Origin: Octopus sinensis
Taxonomy: Eukaryota
NCBI RefSeq assembly: GCF_006345805.1
Contig: NC_043003.1
Location: 6,696,001-6,760,000, forward strand
Direction of reading: 5' to 3'
Length of the DNA stretch: 64,000 nucleotides
Shown here: positions 37,951 to 51,369 of the stretch, one piece after another
Layout: the number at the start of each line of letters is the position of its first letter
How positions within the stretch are numbered: position 1 is the first letter of the stretch
Made by a program: the position numbers and the translations under genes
The notes under the pieces: model-generated
What the model was told of the DNA's origin: nothing
What the model saw: only the letters and a program-made list of their open reading frames with translations
Database searches by the model: none

Positions 37951-38390
37951 AGTGTGTGTGTGTGGTCATCATTTAACGTCTGCTTTCCATGCTGGCATGG
38001 GTTAGACAGTTTGACTGGAACTGGTAAGCCTGAGAGCTGTACTAGGTTCCAGTCTGATTTGGCATGGTTTCTACAGCTGGATGTTCTTCCAAACACCAAC
38101 CACAGGTGTAACGGGTGCTCTTTACGTGCCACCAGCATGGGTGCTCTTTATGTGCCACTGGCACGGGGGCCAGATGCTTAAGCAGTGTCTGTTTCTGATC
38201 CTAGAACGTGCTGCAGAACAAATAAATAGCTTTAACACAATGTATACAAAAACACAATGTATACAAAAATATAGATATTACACATGTAATATCTATAGTA
38301 ACCAACAAAGGTTTGCAAGATCAGATGTTTTGAGAGGCCCAGGAAGGGCAGCTTTGTCTAGAACACATACGAAACAGGATTTCTACTTAC

Positions 38391-38547
38391 ACTCATCGAG
38401 TTCTTCTTCTTCTTGATGTCGTGGATAGGGAAAACAGTTGGTTATTTCCAGTCGGTTATCAACAACCAATCCCAGCAAGACACCCTGGACAAAATCCGCT
38501 CCACCGGAACCTTCATCGACGCAATGTTTAACTAACTTAAGCACAAC
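38391..38547 (-). CDS. EIF3H: eIF3 subunit H, coding exon 2
   Basis: [52 protein letters not shown]; tttag acceptor, GTAAGT donor; 157 nt. Confidence 0.96.
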
Positions 38548-38677
38548 CTAAAATCAGACAAAGAGACAACAATAAACACTAGTTGAGTGGAAGGAATCAG
38601 AAAATTTTAAGAAATCAAAATTACTGAGAAGAAATTATTTACCTTAATGATAAATTTCATTTGCACACATATATATA

Positions 38678-39890
38678 TCATCATCATCATTTAGCGTCCG
38701 CTTTCCATGCTGGCATGGGTTGGACAGTTCAACTGGGATCTGTGAAGCCAGAAGGCTGCATCAGGCCCAGTCTGATCTGGCAGTGTTTCTACGGCTGGAT
38801 GCCCTTCCTAACGCCAACCACTCCGTGAGTGTAGTGGGTGCTTTTTACGTGCCACCCGCACAGGTGCCAGACGGAGCTGGCAAACGGCCACGAACGGATG
38901 GTGCTTTTTACGTGCCACCGGCACGGAGGCCAGTCGGGGCAGCGCTGGCAACGGCCACGATCAGATGGTTCGCTTACTTGTCACCGACATTGGTATCACA
39001 TATATATATATATGACACATAAGAAAGCAATGGACACATAAGAGGTGCAGCAATATCAAAGGAAGGCTAACTGGGAAGATAGTTTTTGTATGTGGCAGAT
39101 GTACAAGAGCAATAAACACTGAAAATGTGCAGAGAACAACTTCCGCCACATTCCAACTAGAAGTAGTTGACAGCATCTGTTACCTAGGTGACCAAGTCAG
39201 TAGTGGGGGAGGGTGCGCTGAAAGTGTAGCTGCTAGAATAAGAATAGCCTGGGCAATCACTCGCTCAGAGTAAAAGGTAGACTGTATGACACATGTGTAC
39301 GAACAGCCATGCTACATGATAGTGAACATGGGCTGTGACTACTGAGGACATGCGTAAACTCGCAAGGAATAAAGCCAGTATGATCTGCTGGATGTGTAAT
39401 GTCAGTGTGCATATACGACAGAGTGTAAGTACCTTGAGAGAAAAGTTGGACCAAAGAAGCATCAGATGTGGTGTGCAAGAGAGACGACTGTGCCGGTATG
39501 GCCATGTGGCGAGAATGAATATGGATAGCTGTGTGAAAAAGTTCCACAATCTAGCGGCTGAGGGAAACTGTGGAAGAGGTAGACCCAGGAAGACCTGGTG
39601 AAGCATGACCTTTACACATTGGGCCTCACCGAGGCAATGACTAGTAACCAGGACCTTTGGAAATATGCTGTGCGTGGCCGTTGCCAGTACCGCCTGAGTG
39701 GCTGTCGTGCTGGTGGCATGTAAAAGCACCCACTACACTCTCAGAGTGGTTGGCGTTAGGAAGGGCATCCAGCTGTAGAAACTCTGCCAGATCAGAGTGG
39801 AGCCTGGAGCAGCCATCTGGTTCGCCAGACCTCAGTCAAAACGTCCAACCCATGCTAGCATGGAAAGCAGATGTTAAACGATGATGATGA
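38678..39890. mobile_element. Minus-strand RTE tail (38678-38995) adjacent to a plus-strand RTE 3' fragment (39010-39890)
   Basis: (CAT)n and (GAT)n tails at opposite ends; RLCRYGHVARM...GRGRPRKTW. Confidence 0.85.
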
Positions 39891-39999
39891 TCATCATTAT
39901 CATCATCATCATTCAACATGATTTAACATCCATTTTCCATGCTGGCAAGGACTGGACACTTTGACAGGAGCTGGCAAGACCAGGAGCTACACCAAGTTC

Positions 40000-40665
40000 C
40001 AACTCAATTTCAATTCAATTCAATTTTTATTGGCTCAAAAAGTAAAAGCAAGGCCATGTAGGGGGACAGGGAGTTATGTACAGGGAGAGTGGTCATACAA
40101 AGAGTTCAGGCCATTTCTGGTCAAGAGAGACTTTGAACCGAGCGGTCGTCGGCATCTTCACTATCTCGTCCGGCAGCTTATTCCACGGATCTGCAACCCG
40201 AACGGAGAAAGCCCCTCTCCTTCAAGTGAGATGAAATCGTTGCAGATAGAGCTTTTCGGAGAGACCCCGCAGCCCACACTCTGGAGCAGGAGTGAAGAAC
40301 AGCTCTTTCGAGAGGTTACACTTTCCACTTATGATGTTGTGAGCAAGAATGAGATCATCATGGCGGCTGCGTTTTTTGAGAGAATAAAGGTCGAGCGTCC
40401 TCAGCCTTTCTTCATAAGACAAATGCTTGAAACCAAGAACCATGTGGGTAGCCATGTTGTCCCCCTCTATGTTTAGCCCCTTGTGGGCAATAAAGAAATA
40501 AGATGATGTATGTCTTTGAGGAGATAAGGTGAAGAGGCTTGAATCCCGAACTCCAATATGGGTCTCACCAGCATGACATAGAGCAGTAGGAATATGGCTG
40601 CTGTGAGCATTCCGAATGACCGTCGAATCAAAAACAGGACTCCGCGTGCTTTGTTGGCAGCATGG
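40000..40665 (-). mobile_element. CR1-type LINE 3' fragment with (TTGAA)n tail and a small SINE-tail insertion (40455-40501)
   Basis: LVRPILEFG...SPYLLKDIHHL and LSYEERLRTLDLYSL motifs. Confidence 0.8.
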
Positions 40666-41062
40666 ACACATTGGAATCTGTTCCAGTCTGTTTTGGCTTG
40701 GTTTCTACATCTGGATGCCCTTCCTAATGCTAACCATTTTACAGAGTTTACTGCATATTTTCTACATAGCACCACCACTTTTCATGCGGCACTATCGCTA
40801 GTGCATTTTGGGTGTTAGATGAAATTGCAAGTGGGGAAAGGTCTAACCTAATCCATGCCAACTGCAAAAGCAGATATAAAATAATGACAACGATGCAAGT
40901 TGAGCCATTGACAGTCGGCTTGACCTGCTACAAATAGCAGCTAAATTATTCCTCAGATCATACCTTACTCTCTTTAGAAATAGAACATGAGGAATAACAT
41001 AACACTCAATAAACAGTGTCTGAATAAAAGACTGCACCCACTAGAATCATAAGTCCACTCAA

Positions 41063-41285
41063 GGTGGTAAACTAGCAGAATCGTTAGCACGCCGGGCGAA
41101 ATGCTTAGCAGTATTTCGTTTGCTGTTACATCCTGTGTTCAAATTCTGCCGAGGTCGACTTTGCCTTTCATCCTTTCGGGGTCGATAAATTAAGTACAAG
41201 TTACGCACTGGGGTCGATGTAATCGACTTAATCCCTTTGTTTGTCCCCCCTCTATGTTTAGCCCCTTGTGGGCAATAAAGAAATA
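41063..41285 (+). mobile_element. SINE family B with perfect 20-bp TSD
   Basis: agaatcataagtccactcaa at 41043-41062 and 41286-41305. Confidence 0.9.
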
Positions 41286-41506
41286 AGAATCATAAGTCCA
41301 CTCAATCAGGACTAAACAAAATACCCCACATTTATGACAATCACCACACATCTTTCCTCAAACTTACATTTGAATATCTTTTGTAACTAGAAGTATGTGG
41401 CAACTTTTACTATATTAGCTGGTGGGCACTTTGAAAGCATAGCAACCAGAAATGGATTGAAAAGACAAGGAAGATCACACTGGATAATGTGAGGTTCCAC
41501 ATAGTT

Positions 41507-42191
41507 TTAACCCTTTCCTTACCAAACCGGCTGAATCCGCCTCTGGCTCTGTAATATAAATGTCTTGTTTACATAAGTTTTTAATTAAAACCTTCCACCA
41601 AACCTTAGCCACAATTTATGTTCCTAACACTAGCTTAATGATAACCAAGTTATTTTACTAAATTCTTTGCTATATCTAAAATAATTGAGAGAAACACAGA
41701 TCACATCATCATCGTTTAACGTCTGCTTTCCGTGCTAGTATGGGTTGGACGATTTTGACTGAGGGCTGGTGAACCAGATGGCTGCACCAGGCTCCAATCT
41801 TGATTTGGCAGAGTTTCTACAACTGGATGCCCTTCCTAACGCCAACCACTCTGAGAGTGTAGTGGGTGCTTTTTACGTGCCACCGGCGCAGGGGCCAGTC
41901 AGGCGGTACTAAATGCGTAGCCGTATTTCGTCTGCCATTACGTTCTGAGTTCAAATTCCGCCGAGGTCAACTTTGCCTTTCATCCTTTCGGGGTCGATAA
42001 ATTAAGTACCAGTTACACACTGGGGTTGATGTAATCGACTTAATCCGTTTGTTTGTCCTCTCTGTGTTTAACCCCTCGTGGGTAGTAAAGAAATAGGTAC
42101 TGGCAACGACCTGGCTCGAATCCTTTTACACATGCCACCAGCACAGGTGCCAGTAAGGCGCTCAAAATAAATAGAGTAACGAAAGGGTTAA
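41507..42191. mobile_element. piggyBac-type MITE containing an RTE tail that itself contains a SINE B copy
   Basis: TTAA-ccctttccttac ... gtaacgaaaggg-TTAA; nested inserts at about 41702-42160 and 41910-42098. Confidence 0.8.
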
Positions 42192-42999
42192 AAGAAAAAC
42201 AGAAGATAATCACAGTTGGAAAGCCTGTGATTTTAAGTTTGCTTGCTCAGAGCTGATTTTGGAGGGGGGGATACACAACAAAGAACTGGACTGGTCAGTG
42301 GAGAAATTACAAGTAACAAGGCCCAATACACAACCACTGCCTGTCTATTTGTGTACTATCATGACCCATCCCTCTTCCTAGAATAATCTAAAGACAATGG
42401 AATCTCGTGTCTTTGGCTGTTATTTCCAGCACATAGTGGTGTCTAAAACTAAATAAAAAAAAACTTGTGTCTTCTACTATAACGACTGGAACACATCTGA
42501 GTCTTTTTTTCTGCTCGATAAGGACTGACCTGGGGCTGCACAAGAAGTCCAAAAGTGATGGATTTTCTTTACACATCTGAACACAAGTGGTGGGCAGGAG
42601 AGACTAATAAACGCGAAATAATTAATAAAGGCCGATTACATAATGTTCCCTTTTTGGCTATAATTACATTTTTTAAAATTTTCTCAGGGTTACTTTTGTT
42701 GATGTACACAATGTCTCTACCAAAACATAAATGATCAAAAAGAAAATGTCTTCATAGCGCTGCATTTAAGTATTCGATTCTGATAACATCGAAAGTAAAA
42801 TACGTACACCCGGTGATTGGTACTACTAGCGAACAGTGGTCCTGGTGCGCGCACTCGTGCTGGCTTTGTTTACATTTCTGAAGATAACAGAAACCCTTTT
42901 CTCCCACCCCTAACCCCGCCATATATATATAAAAAAAAACACTTTCTTGAAATGTATCCGGTACCTATACCGAAGTTACGCCCAAAAATTATTTACTTT

Positions 43000-43373
43000 A
43001 CTCTTTTACTTGTTTCAGTCATTTGACTGCGGCCATGCTGGAGCACCGCCTTTAGTCGAGCAAATCGACCCCGGGACTTATTCTTTGTAAGCCCAGTACT
43101 TATTCTATCGGTCTCTTTTGCCGAACCGCTAGGTGACGGGGACGTAAACACATCAACATCGGTTGTCAAGGAATGCTAGGGAACAAACACACACAGGCAT
43201 ATATATATACATATATACGACAGTCTTCTTTCAGTTTCCGTCTAACAAATCCACTCACAAGGGATTAGTCGGCCCGGGGCTATAGCAGAAGACACTTGCC
43301 CAAGATACCACGCAGTGGGACTGAACCCGGAACCATGTGGTTGGTTAGCAAGCTACTTACCACACAGCCACTC
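43000..43373 (-). mobile_element. SINE family A
   Basis: Reverse complement of the 13884-14290 family. Confidence 0.9.
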
Positions 43374-44006
43374 GTGTAAAAAAAATCATTTATTTTGTGT
43401 TTTATTTACATTGCTAGATAGTCGTGGTACTACTAGCGAATAATGGTCCCGGTGCGCGCAAGTCGTTGTAGGATCGACTAGTCACGACTAGCTAGCGCGG
43501 ATGCTTGACTACGCGAGTGCGCGCACCGGGACCAGACCACTGGTGTCAAGTAGCACCGTAAATACGTACACACGGTGATTTAGGGTCGGGGTTATTGTTA
43601 GGCCGAAAACAGGTGGTGTACGTATTCTTTACCTCTGCCACCTTATAACATGATGAGGTGAAGTCTTTTGTGTCTAATGATGAGAAATCGCCGGAGTTTT
43701 CAAACAGTCGTCCCTCCGGCCTCAAGAAGAAAGGAACAGACTCCATTTCATTCGGTTTTTCAGAATTCCTATTTTATCGAAAGTAATTACGATTCTAGGA
43801 CTGGTTTTTTTCTTTTTTCTTAATTTCAAATTCCGTTTTCCTCCTTCCCTTTCATTTGTCACAATTAGATGTGGGAGACATAAATGATGAAATTAGTGAC
43901 GTAGATCAGCACTAATTATCAATCAATCAATTTCTAATACAGTACAGTTAACCACTTACAGGTTTATCAATCGGGATATATAATATAACAGAATTAAACT
44001 ACTTAC

Positions 44007-44066
44007 GAGCCCGTCAATCTGGACATAATCGATCACGCTTTCTTTCGCAGACTTTCTGGTCGCCAT
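44007..44066 (-). CDS. EIF3H: eIF3 subunit H, coding exon 1
   Basis: aaaaATGGCG start, MATRKSAKESVIDYVQIDGL (conserved VQIDGL), GTAAGT donor; 60 nt. Confidence 0.93.
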
Positions 44067-44135
44067 TTTTGCGGTGGAGAAAGGCGGAAGTACTGACGGA
44101 TTGTGGGACCGGAAGTTGGAAATGTGTCAGCTGAC
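44061..44135 (-). promoter_or_regulatory. eIF3h core promoter: polypyrimidine (TCT/TOP-like) start, two ETS motifs, YY1 motif over the ATG
   Basis: Minus strand cttccgcctttctccaccgcaaaaATG; GCGGAAGT at 44084 and CCGGAAGT at 44109; CGCCATTTT at 44061. Confidence 0.55.
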
Positions 44136-44272
44136 TTTCCCACAAGTTTCGAAAATGTTGTCTCTGCGGAGAGTGACTTTCTTTTTTGTGCCTTATTTAT
44201 GAGAGTCAGAACTATTGAAAAGGTTGCAAGAGGCAACGGAAATTTTAGGGAAATAAAAATAAGAAAAAAGTG

Positions 44273-45054
44273 GGATCTTTTCGATTTGAACTGCAGTTTT
44301 TAACATAATTTCTAGGTAACTAAAAAGTTTTAAACTTCGTATACCGGTAGAATGTGTTTTTAAAACATCTTTTTCTCTTGGCTTTATTGAGAAAATTCTA
44401 TACTCTTTTACGTGTTTCAGTCATTTGACTGCGGCCATGCTGGAGCACCGCCTTTAGTCGAGCAAATTGACCCCGGGACTTATTCTTTGTAAGTCTAGTA
44501 CTTATTCTATCGGTTTCTTTTGCCGAACCGCTAAGTGACAGGGGACGTAAACACACCAGCATCGGTTGTCAAGCAATGCTAGTGGGGAACAGACACACAA
44601 ACACATACACATATATACGACAGGCTTCTTTCAGTTTCCGTCTACCAAATCCACTCAAGGCATTGGTTGGCCCGGGGCTATAGCAGAAGACACTTGTCCA
44701 AGATGCCACGCAGTGGGACTGAACCTGGGACCATGTGGTTGGTTAGCAAGCTACTACTTACCACATAGCCACTCCTGCGCCTATAGTTTGTAAGATATTT
44801 GTTGTTGTTTTTTCTGCAAATTTCAACCAATCACTGACGTCCATTGAGGTTAACAACATTCTTTGCCGTATGAATATGTCCCTCGTTTAAGAAGCAGATT
44901 GGGTCTATTTACATTTGTGAAGAAAAAAAGGATACCCTTCCCCCTAACCCTAAAACAGATTGAAATGCAATAGATCGATACCAGGGTCATAATTATGGGT
45001 GTCAATTTCATATGACACCGCTAGAAAAAACTGCCGGTCAAGCCGAAAAGATCC
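44273..45054. mobile_element. MITE with ~30-bp TIRs containing a SINE A insertion (44403-44782)
   Basis: ggatcttttcgatttgaactgcagttttt versus aaaaaactgccggtcaagccgaaaagatcc. Confidence 0.75.
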
Positions 45055-45340
45055 ATTGACTCTCCCCAGACACAATAGAATATGCTTCAACACACGAATT
45101 CATATAGAGAATCTTGCAAACCAAATCCAAAAACGAAATACGAAAATGTTGTGTTACTGAAACTCCAGTCGTTGTGGGGAATCTCTCTGTTATGCATGTT
45201 AAAGGGAAAACATGAGATTGCTTCCGAGGTAGACAACTGCTTGAACGTTTTTCGAAAGCATGAATACTTTCCCTACATGACGTCTACTGCTCCTAAGCAC
45301 TGTATACAATAATTTTATTATTTATTATTATTATTATTAA

Positions 45341-45880
45341 TGGCAGAAACGTTAGCACGCCGGGCGAAATGCGTAGCCGTTACGTTCTGAGTTCAAATTC
45401 CGCCGAGGTCGACTTTGCCTTTCATCCTTTTGGGGTTGATAAATTAAGTACCAGTTACGCACTGGGGTCGATATAATCGACTTAATCCATCTGTCTGTCT
45501 TTGTTTGGCCCCTTGTGGGTAGTAAAGAAATAGGTATCTCATCTGCCGCTATGTTCTGAGTTCAAATTCCGCCGAGGTCGACTTTGCCTTTCATCCTTTC
45601 GTGGTCGATAAACTAAGTACCAGTTACGCACTGGGGTCGATATAATCGACTTAATCCGTTTGTCCTTGTTTGTCCCCTCTGTGTTTGGCCCCTTGTGGGT
45701 AGTAAAGAAATAGGTATTTCGTCTGTCTTTATGTTCTGAGTTCAAATTCCGCCGAAGTCGACTTTGCCTTTCATCCTTTCGGGGTTGATAAATTAAGTGC
45801 CAGTTGCGTACTGGAATCGATCTAATCGACTGGCCCCCTCCCTCAAAATTTCAGGCCTTGTGCCTAGAGTAGAAAAGAAT
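45341..45880 (+). mobile_element. SINE family B tandem trimer
   Basis: Three units, the second and third restarting after agtaaagaaataggt. Confidence 0.85.
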
Positions 45881-46449
45881 TATTCTTCTTATTATTATTA
45901 TTGACAGAATCATCAGTGCTTCGGAAAAAATGCTCATCAGTATTTCTTTGAGCTCTTTAAGTTCTTAGTTCGAATTTTGCTGAGCTCAGCTTGTCTTTTG
46001 AGGATCGATTAAATAAGGTCAATCAATTAAGACGATTGCAACGAAAAAAAAAACGCGGAAGACTGGGTTTAAAGGGGAATTTCCGAGGATCCAACTCACC
46101 CTCCGTTTTCTGCAGGGAAAAATGCATTTCCGATAGCTTACGAGGTCAACTAAGACGATTGCACCCCAAAAATTATTTACTACCGAAATTGAGTCTGTTG
46201 CAAAACTATAAATTTACCAAAATGGTAAACGGAAAGTACCACTTGAGCACTGGAAACAATGTAATCGACTAAATACATTCTCTTAAAATTGCTGGCTTTG
46301 GGACAAAATTTGGAACCATTTTTTCTTTCTTTTTTCACTTTTGTTTCAATTTCTTGTTGAGTGTCTTCTCAACTCACTACTTCTACTGCTACTGATAATA
46401 AGAATAATAGTATATACAACAGTAACAATAAATACTCTAAAATAAAGGA

Positions 46450-48038
46450 ACTAGGGATAGATGAGTGGTTGGTGAGAGAGCTGTACAAGCCATGTACAGG
46501 GATGCTGTCAGTAAGGTGAGGGTGGCAACGAGTATAGTGAAGGAATCCAGGTAGAAGTAGGGGTTCACCAAGGATCAGTTCTCAGCTCCTCTTATTCACC
46601 AAAGTCCTCCAGGCAATCAGAGAATTCAAGACAGGCTGCCTCTGGGAGCTCCTCCATGCTAATGACCTTGCTCTAATACCTGAGTCACTGCCAGAACTAG
46701 AGAAGTGTCAGGTGTGGAAACAAGGATTAGAATCGAAGGGCCTTAGAGTCAACACAGCAAAAACCTAAGTCTTAATAAATAGGAAGGCAGATAAACCATA
46801 AATCCCGTCAGGTAGATGGCCCTGCTCAATCTGTAGAAAAGGTGTAGGTAGAAACTCCATATGATGTACTTGGTGTAAGTTATGGACGCATAAAAGGTGC
46901 AGCAATATCAAAGGAAGGTTAATTGGGAGGATGGTTTTTGTGTGTGGCAGATGCACAGGTGCAATAAACACCAAAGATGTACAGAAAACAGCTTCCATCA
47001 CATGCCAGGGGAAAAAACTAGAAGTAGTTGATAGTTTCCATTACCTAGGTGACCAAGTCAGTAACGTGGGGGTGGATGCTTTGAGAGCATAGCTGCTAGA
47101 ATAAGAATAGCCTGGGTAAAGTTCAGAGAGCTCCTACCTCTGCTGGTAACAAAGAGCTTCTCACTCAGAGTGAAAAGTAGACTGTATGACACGTGTGCAA
47201 ACAGCCATGCTACACAGTAGTAAAACATGGGCTGTGACTGTTGAGGACATATGTAAGCTTGCAAGAAAGGAAGCCAGTATGCTCTGCTAGACGTGTTATG
47301 TCAGTGTGCATATACGACAGAGTGTAAGTATCCTTAGAAAAAAGCTTGACATAAGCATTAGATTGGGTGTGCAAGAGAGACAACTGCACTGGTATGGCCA
47401 TGTGTTGCATATGGATGAGCTGCATGAAGAAGTGTCACATCCATAAGTGGAGGGAACATGTGGAAGAGGTAGACCCAGGAAGACGTGGGAAGCGGTGATG
47501 AAGCACAACCTTCAAACGTTGAGCCTCAGAGAGTCAATGACAAGCGACCAAGACCTTTGGAGATATGCTGTGCTTCAGAAGACCTGGCAAGCCGAGTGAG
47601 ATTGTAGCATGGCCAATGCTAGTATCGCATAACTGGCCCCTTTAAAAGAACCCTCCAATTGTCAGGCAATATGTTGTGCTTGAGAAGACCTGGTAAATGG
47701 AATGAAATTGTAGTTGCAGCTAATGTCAGTGCCACCTGACTGGCACCTGTGCCAGTGCAATGTAAAAAGCACCACTTGAGCATGGCCAATACCAGTGCTG
47801 CGTGACTGGCTCCCATGCTGAAGGCACATAAAAAGCACCAATAGAGTGCAGTCAATGCCAGTGGCACACAAAATGCACACTCTACACTCTGGGGGTTGTT
47901 GGCATCAGGAAGGATATCCAGCTGTAGAAACCTTGCCAAATCAGATTGGAGCCTGGTGCAGCCTCTCAGCTTGCCAGTTCACAGTCAAACTGTCCAACCC
48001 ATGCCAGCATAGAAAACAGACGTTAAATGATGATGATG
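46450..48038 (+). mobile_element. RTE LINE 3' portion, degenerate
   Basis: RT C-terminal homology to 58505-59800, 3'UTR and (GAT)n tail. Confidence 0.88.
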
Positions 48039-48269
48039 AAAGTATATATGAGGGATATGAGTCTGACAGACCCAGTTCAATCTGATATCGGTATCTTAGT
48101 AATAACACTAACTGCAAATATATTTTAAAGGAGCCTAATAGGAAAGAATACCACTGTAAAATATGTAGTGACTCTCTCTCTGTCACACAATGGTATTTTG
48201 TTTCTTGTTACCATTGTCAGAGTTGATGTTATACCAATAATGATGTGAGATTAAGCTGGTTATAAAAAT

Positions 48270-48635
48270 AATAATAATAATGAAATTATTGTATACAGTG
48301 CTCAGGTGCACCACAACTTGTCAAAAGTGCGTATGAAGCATATGCAGTAATATAAAAATGTCTGGAAAGTGAACAGTCTATGAGTCAGATACATGCTTGC
48401 ATGTGTATGGAGGGGAGAAAATCAGGTGTAGTGTTGGCGAATCTCAGGAAGCATGGAAGTTTTGAAGGATGCAGTGCTCCGACAACTAACAACTGATGCT
48501 GGCAGTTTGTTCCATGCTTCAACAACTCTTAGCATGAAAAAATGTTTCCAAAAGTCATGGGAGCTGTGCTGTTTTCTGACTTTGTAAATATGTCCACATG
48601 TGTTAGACAGATGGAGTTTGAAAAGGTGCTCAGAG
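48270..48635 (-). mobile_element. CR1-like LINE 3' end
   Basis: Same family as 2691-2990 and 57408-57740. Confidence 0.8.
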
Positions 48636-48894
48636 GAGTTAACTAACTGAGCACTCCAAAGACATGTGTATTCTTATGTAGTTCAGGGAGATTCAGTGTA
48701 ATACAGAGTGTAATAAGGCTGGCCCTTCATAATACAGGTACAAATCCCTTTTGCCAGCTGAGTGAACTGGAGCAACATGAAATAAAGTTTTCTTGCTCAA
48801 GGACATAACCAGGAATCAAACTCACAACCTTGTGAGTCGAATACAGTTAGCACTAAGCCACATGCACCTTCATAGTTGTATCACAGCAACAATA

Positions 48895-49235
48895 GTGGAG
48901 GCCCGATGGCCCAGTGGTTAGGGCAGCGGACTCACGGTCGGAGAATCGCGGTTTCGATTCCCAGACCAGGCATTGTGTGTGTTTATTGAGTGCAAAAACC
49001 TAAAGCTCCACGAGGCTCCGACAGGGGGTGGTGGCGACCCCTGTTGTACTCTTTCGCTCCAACTTTCTATCACTCTTTCTTCCTGTTTCTTTCCCACGAC
49101 TTCCTACGCAACTGCAGAGCCTGGATGCGCATTCATCCATCCGTCGATGCTCTCGGTGTTGGGGTTTGACCTGCTTTCTCTTCTGCGGGTCTTACAAATA
49201 GCAAAGGACCACATTTCGCTCAACAAACAAACAAA
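48895..49235 (+). mobile_element. SINE family C variant
   Basis: tRNA-like head; tail similar to the reverse complement of 22395-22725. Confidence 0.8.
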
Positions 49236-51369
49236 CAGCAAAAGCAAAACTCAGGAACATTTAGCAAAAGATTTTATTAATGGAAAGATGAGCATCATCA
49301 TCATCATCATCGTTTAACGTCCGCTTTCCATGCTAGCATGGGTTGGACGGTTCAACTGGGGTCTGGTAAGCCCGAAGGCTGCACCAGGCCAGTCAGATCT
49401 GGCAGTGTTTCTACAGCTTGATGCCCTTCCTAACGCCAACCACTCCGAGAGTGTAGTGGGTGATTTTATGTGCCACCGACACAGGTGCCAGACGAGGCTG
49501 GCAGACGGCCACGCTCGGATGGTGTTTTTTATGTGCCACCGACACAGGTGCCAGACGAGGCTGGCAGATGGCCACGCTCGAGCGAGCATAAAGAGATATA
49601 CAAATTATCAAATCCTCACTGGTAGCAAAATTAGGATATGAGGACCAACCTAGGTGAATTTGCTTGGCCATTAATTACCTGGAAGGTGTGAGACTGTCAA
49701 AAATTTTTGAAGCTTTTTTTCTTGATTTGCTTGGTGAGAACTGAGACGTTTCCTGCTTGAATGCCATCAGATTTCTGCAAAGGTTTTGGCATTAAACTGC
49801 TTAACTAGTGAAAAAGAGCACAAATCTCAAATACATCTGAAATGATGTTTTGACTAGTAGCATGATTTTCTGAAAGTTGATTGGTCAACAAATAGAACAC
49901 CCACATTGATACATACATACCTCAGTTGTAATTAACTCACTCACACACCAGCACAGGTACCAACGTCGCCTTACTGGCACATGTGCCGGTGGCATGTGTA
50001 AAAAGATTCAAGCAAGGTCATTGCCTGTACTGCCTGACTGGCCCCCGTGCTGGTGGCACATAAAAAGCACCCACTACACTCTCGGAGTGGTTGGCATTAG
50101 GAAGGGCATCCAGCTGTAGAAACTCTGCCAGATCAAGATTGGAGCCTGGTGCTGCCATCTGGTTCGCCAGCCCTCAGTCAAAATCGTCCAACCCATGCTA
50201 GCATGGAAAGCGGACGTTAAATTATGATGATGATGATGATAGCAAACTGGTAATTTAGAAAAGAGGTTTGAACTCTAGGGATTCCATTCGAAGACACCTG
50301 CTGCAAATTTAATGTTGTTTATAAATGTACAGTCTTTTACAAACAACAAAACTCTATCAGGGTCTGCATTGCAATGGTAGCTCGTAGATAAAACTAGTGG
50401 GGTTGCTGCTTCAGAAAATTTTTAGCCATTGTTTTAATATTGTGAAACTGAAAGAAGCCCGTCGTATATATGTATATATATGCGTGTTTGTGTGAGTGAG
50501 TTTGTCCCCCTAGCATTGCTTGACAACTGATGCTGGTGTGTTTATGTTCCCGTTACTTAGCGGTTCGGCAAAAGAGACCGATAGAATAAGTACTGGGCTT
50601 ACAAAAAGAATAAGTCCCAGGGTCGAGTTGCTCGATTAAAGGCGGTGCTCCAGCATGGCCGCAGTCAAATGACTGAAACAAGTAAAAGAGTAAAAGAGAG
50701 TTTGCATTTTAGCCACTGCTGGGTAGTGTGTTTAATTTGTTCACTGAACACTGCTGCGAATTCCCCCTTGTTTTTCAAAAATCCCTAGTAAATCACAAAA
50801 TAAGGTGGGGAAATGTGTCCTGCTTTTCAATCCTGGCAGCAACACTAAAGCTGGAAGCAGGATAATAATCTAATTCTACACTTTATCACATTCAAGAATA
50901 TAAACACGTTTTTAAGCACAACACACACAGAGTCAAAAAGAAATACTACCTCTCACAGGAACACCAGGGTAAGCACTGTTGTTCACGTAGTGCTCCCTCT
51001 CCCTAGCATGAAGCTTCCCATCTCAGACATGTGAGCATGTACACAACAGCCAAATGCCGCATTGCAGGAACTGTGAAGTGCACAGTTCTATTGAAGGATT
51101 TTTGTATTTTTCTCATAAACTAGGCGATGGCTACTAACAAGCTAAGGATTATATAATGTACAAATATAAAGAAAGAATTAAAGTAAAAAGGGCCCCTTAT
51201 ATTGAATGTTATCAATTAATATTCAGTGGAAATAAGGGCTTTGCATTTCCACTGTGACTATACACGAGCTACCACTGCTGCATTAGTACCACCATTAATT
51301 TTAAACCCTGATACCTAAGCTACCTGAACTCTCTTAAATCTGCTAAACACACAAACACCAGCTAACCAC

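Noticed and set aside
44940-44953. Telomeric repeat (ccctaaccctaa)
   Set aside because: Only two units, internal to a MITE.
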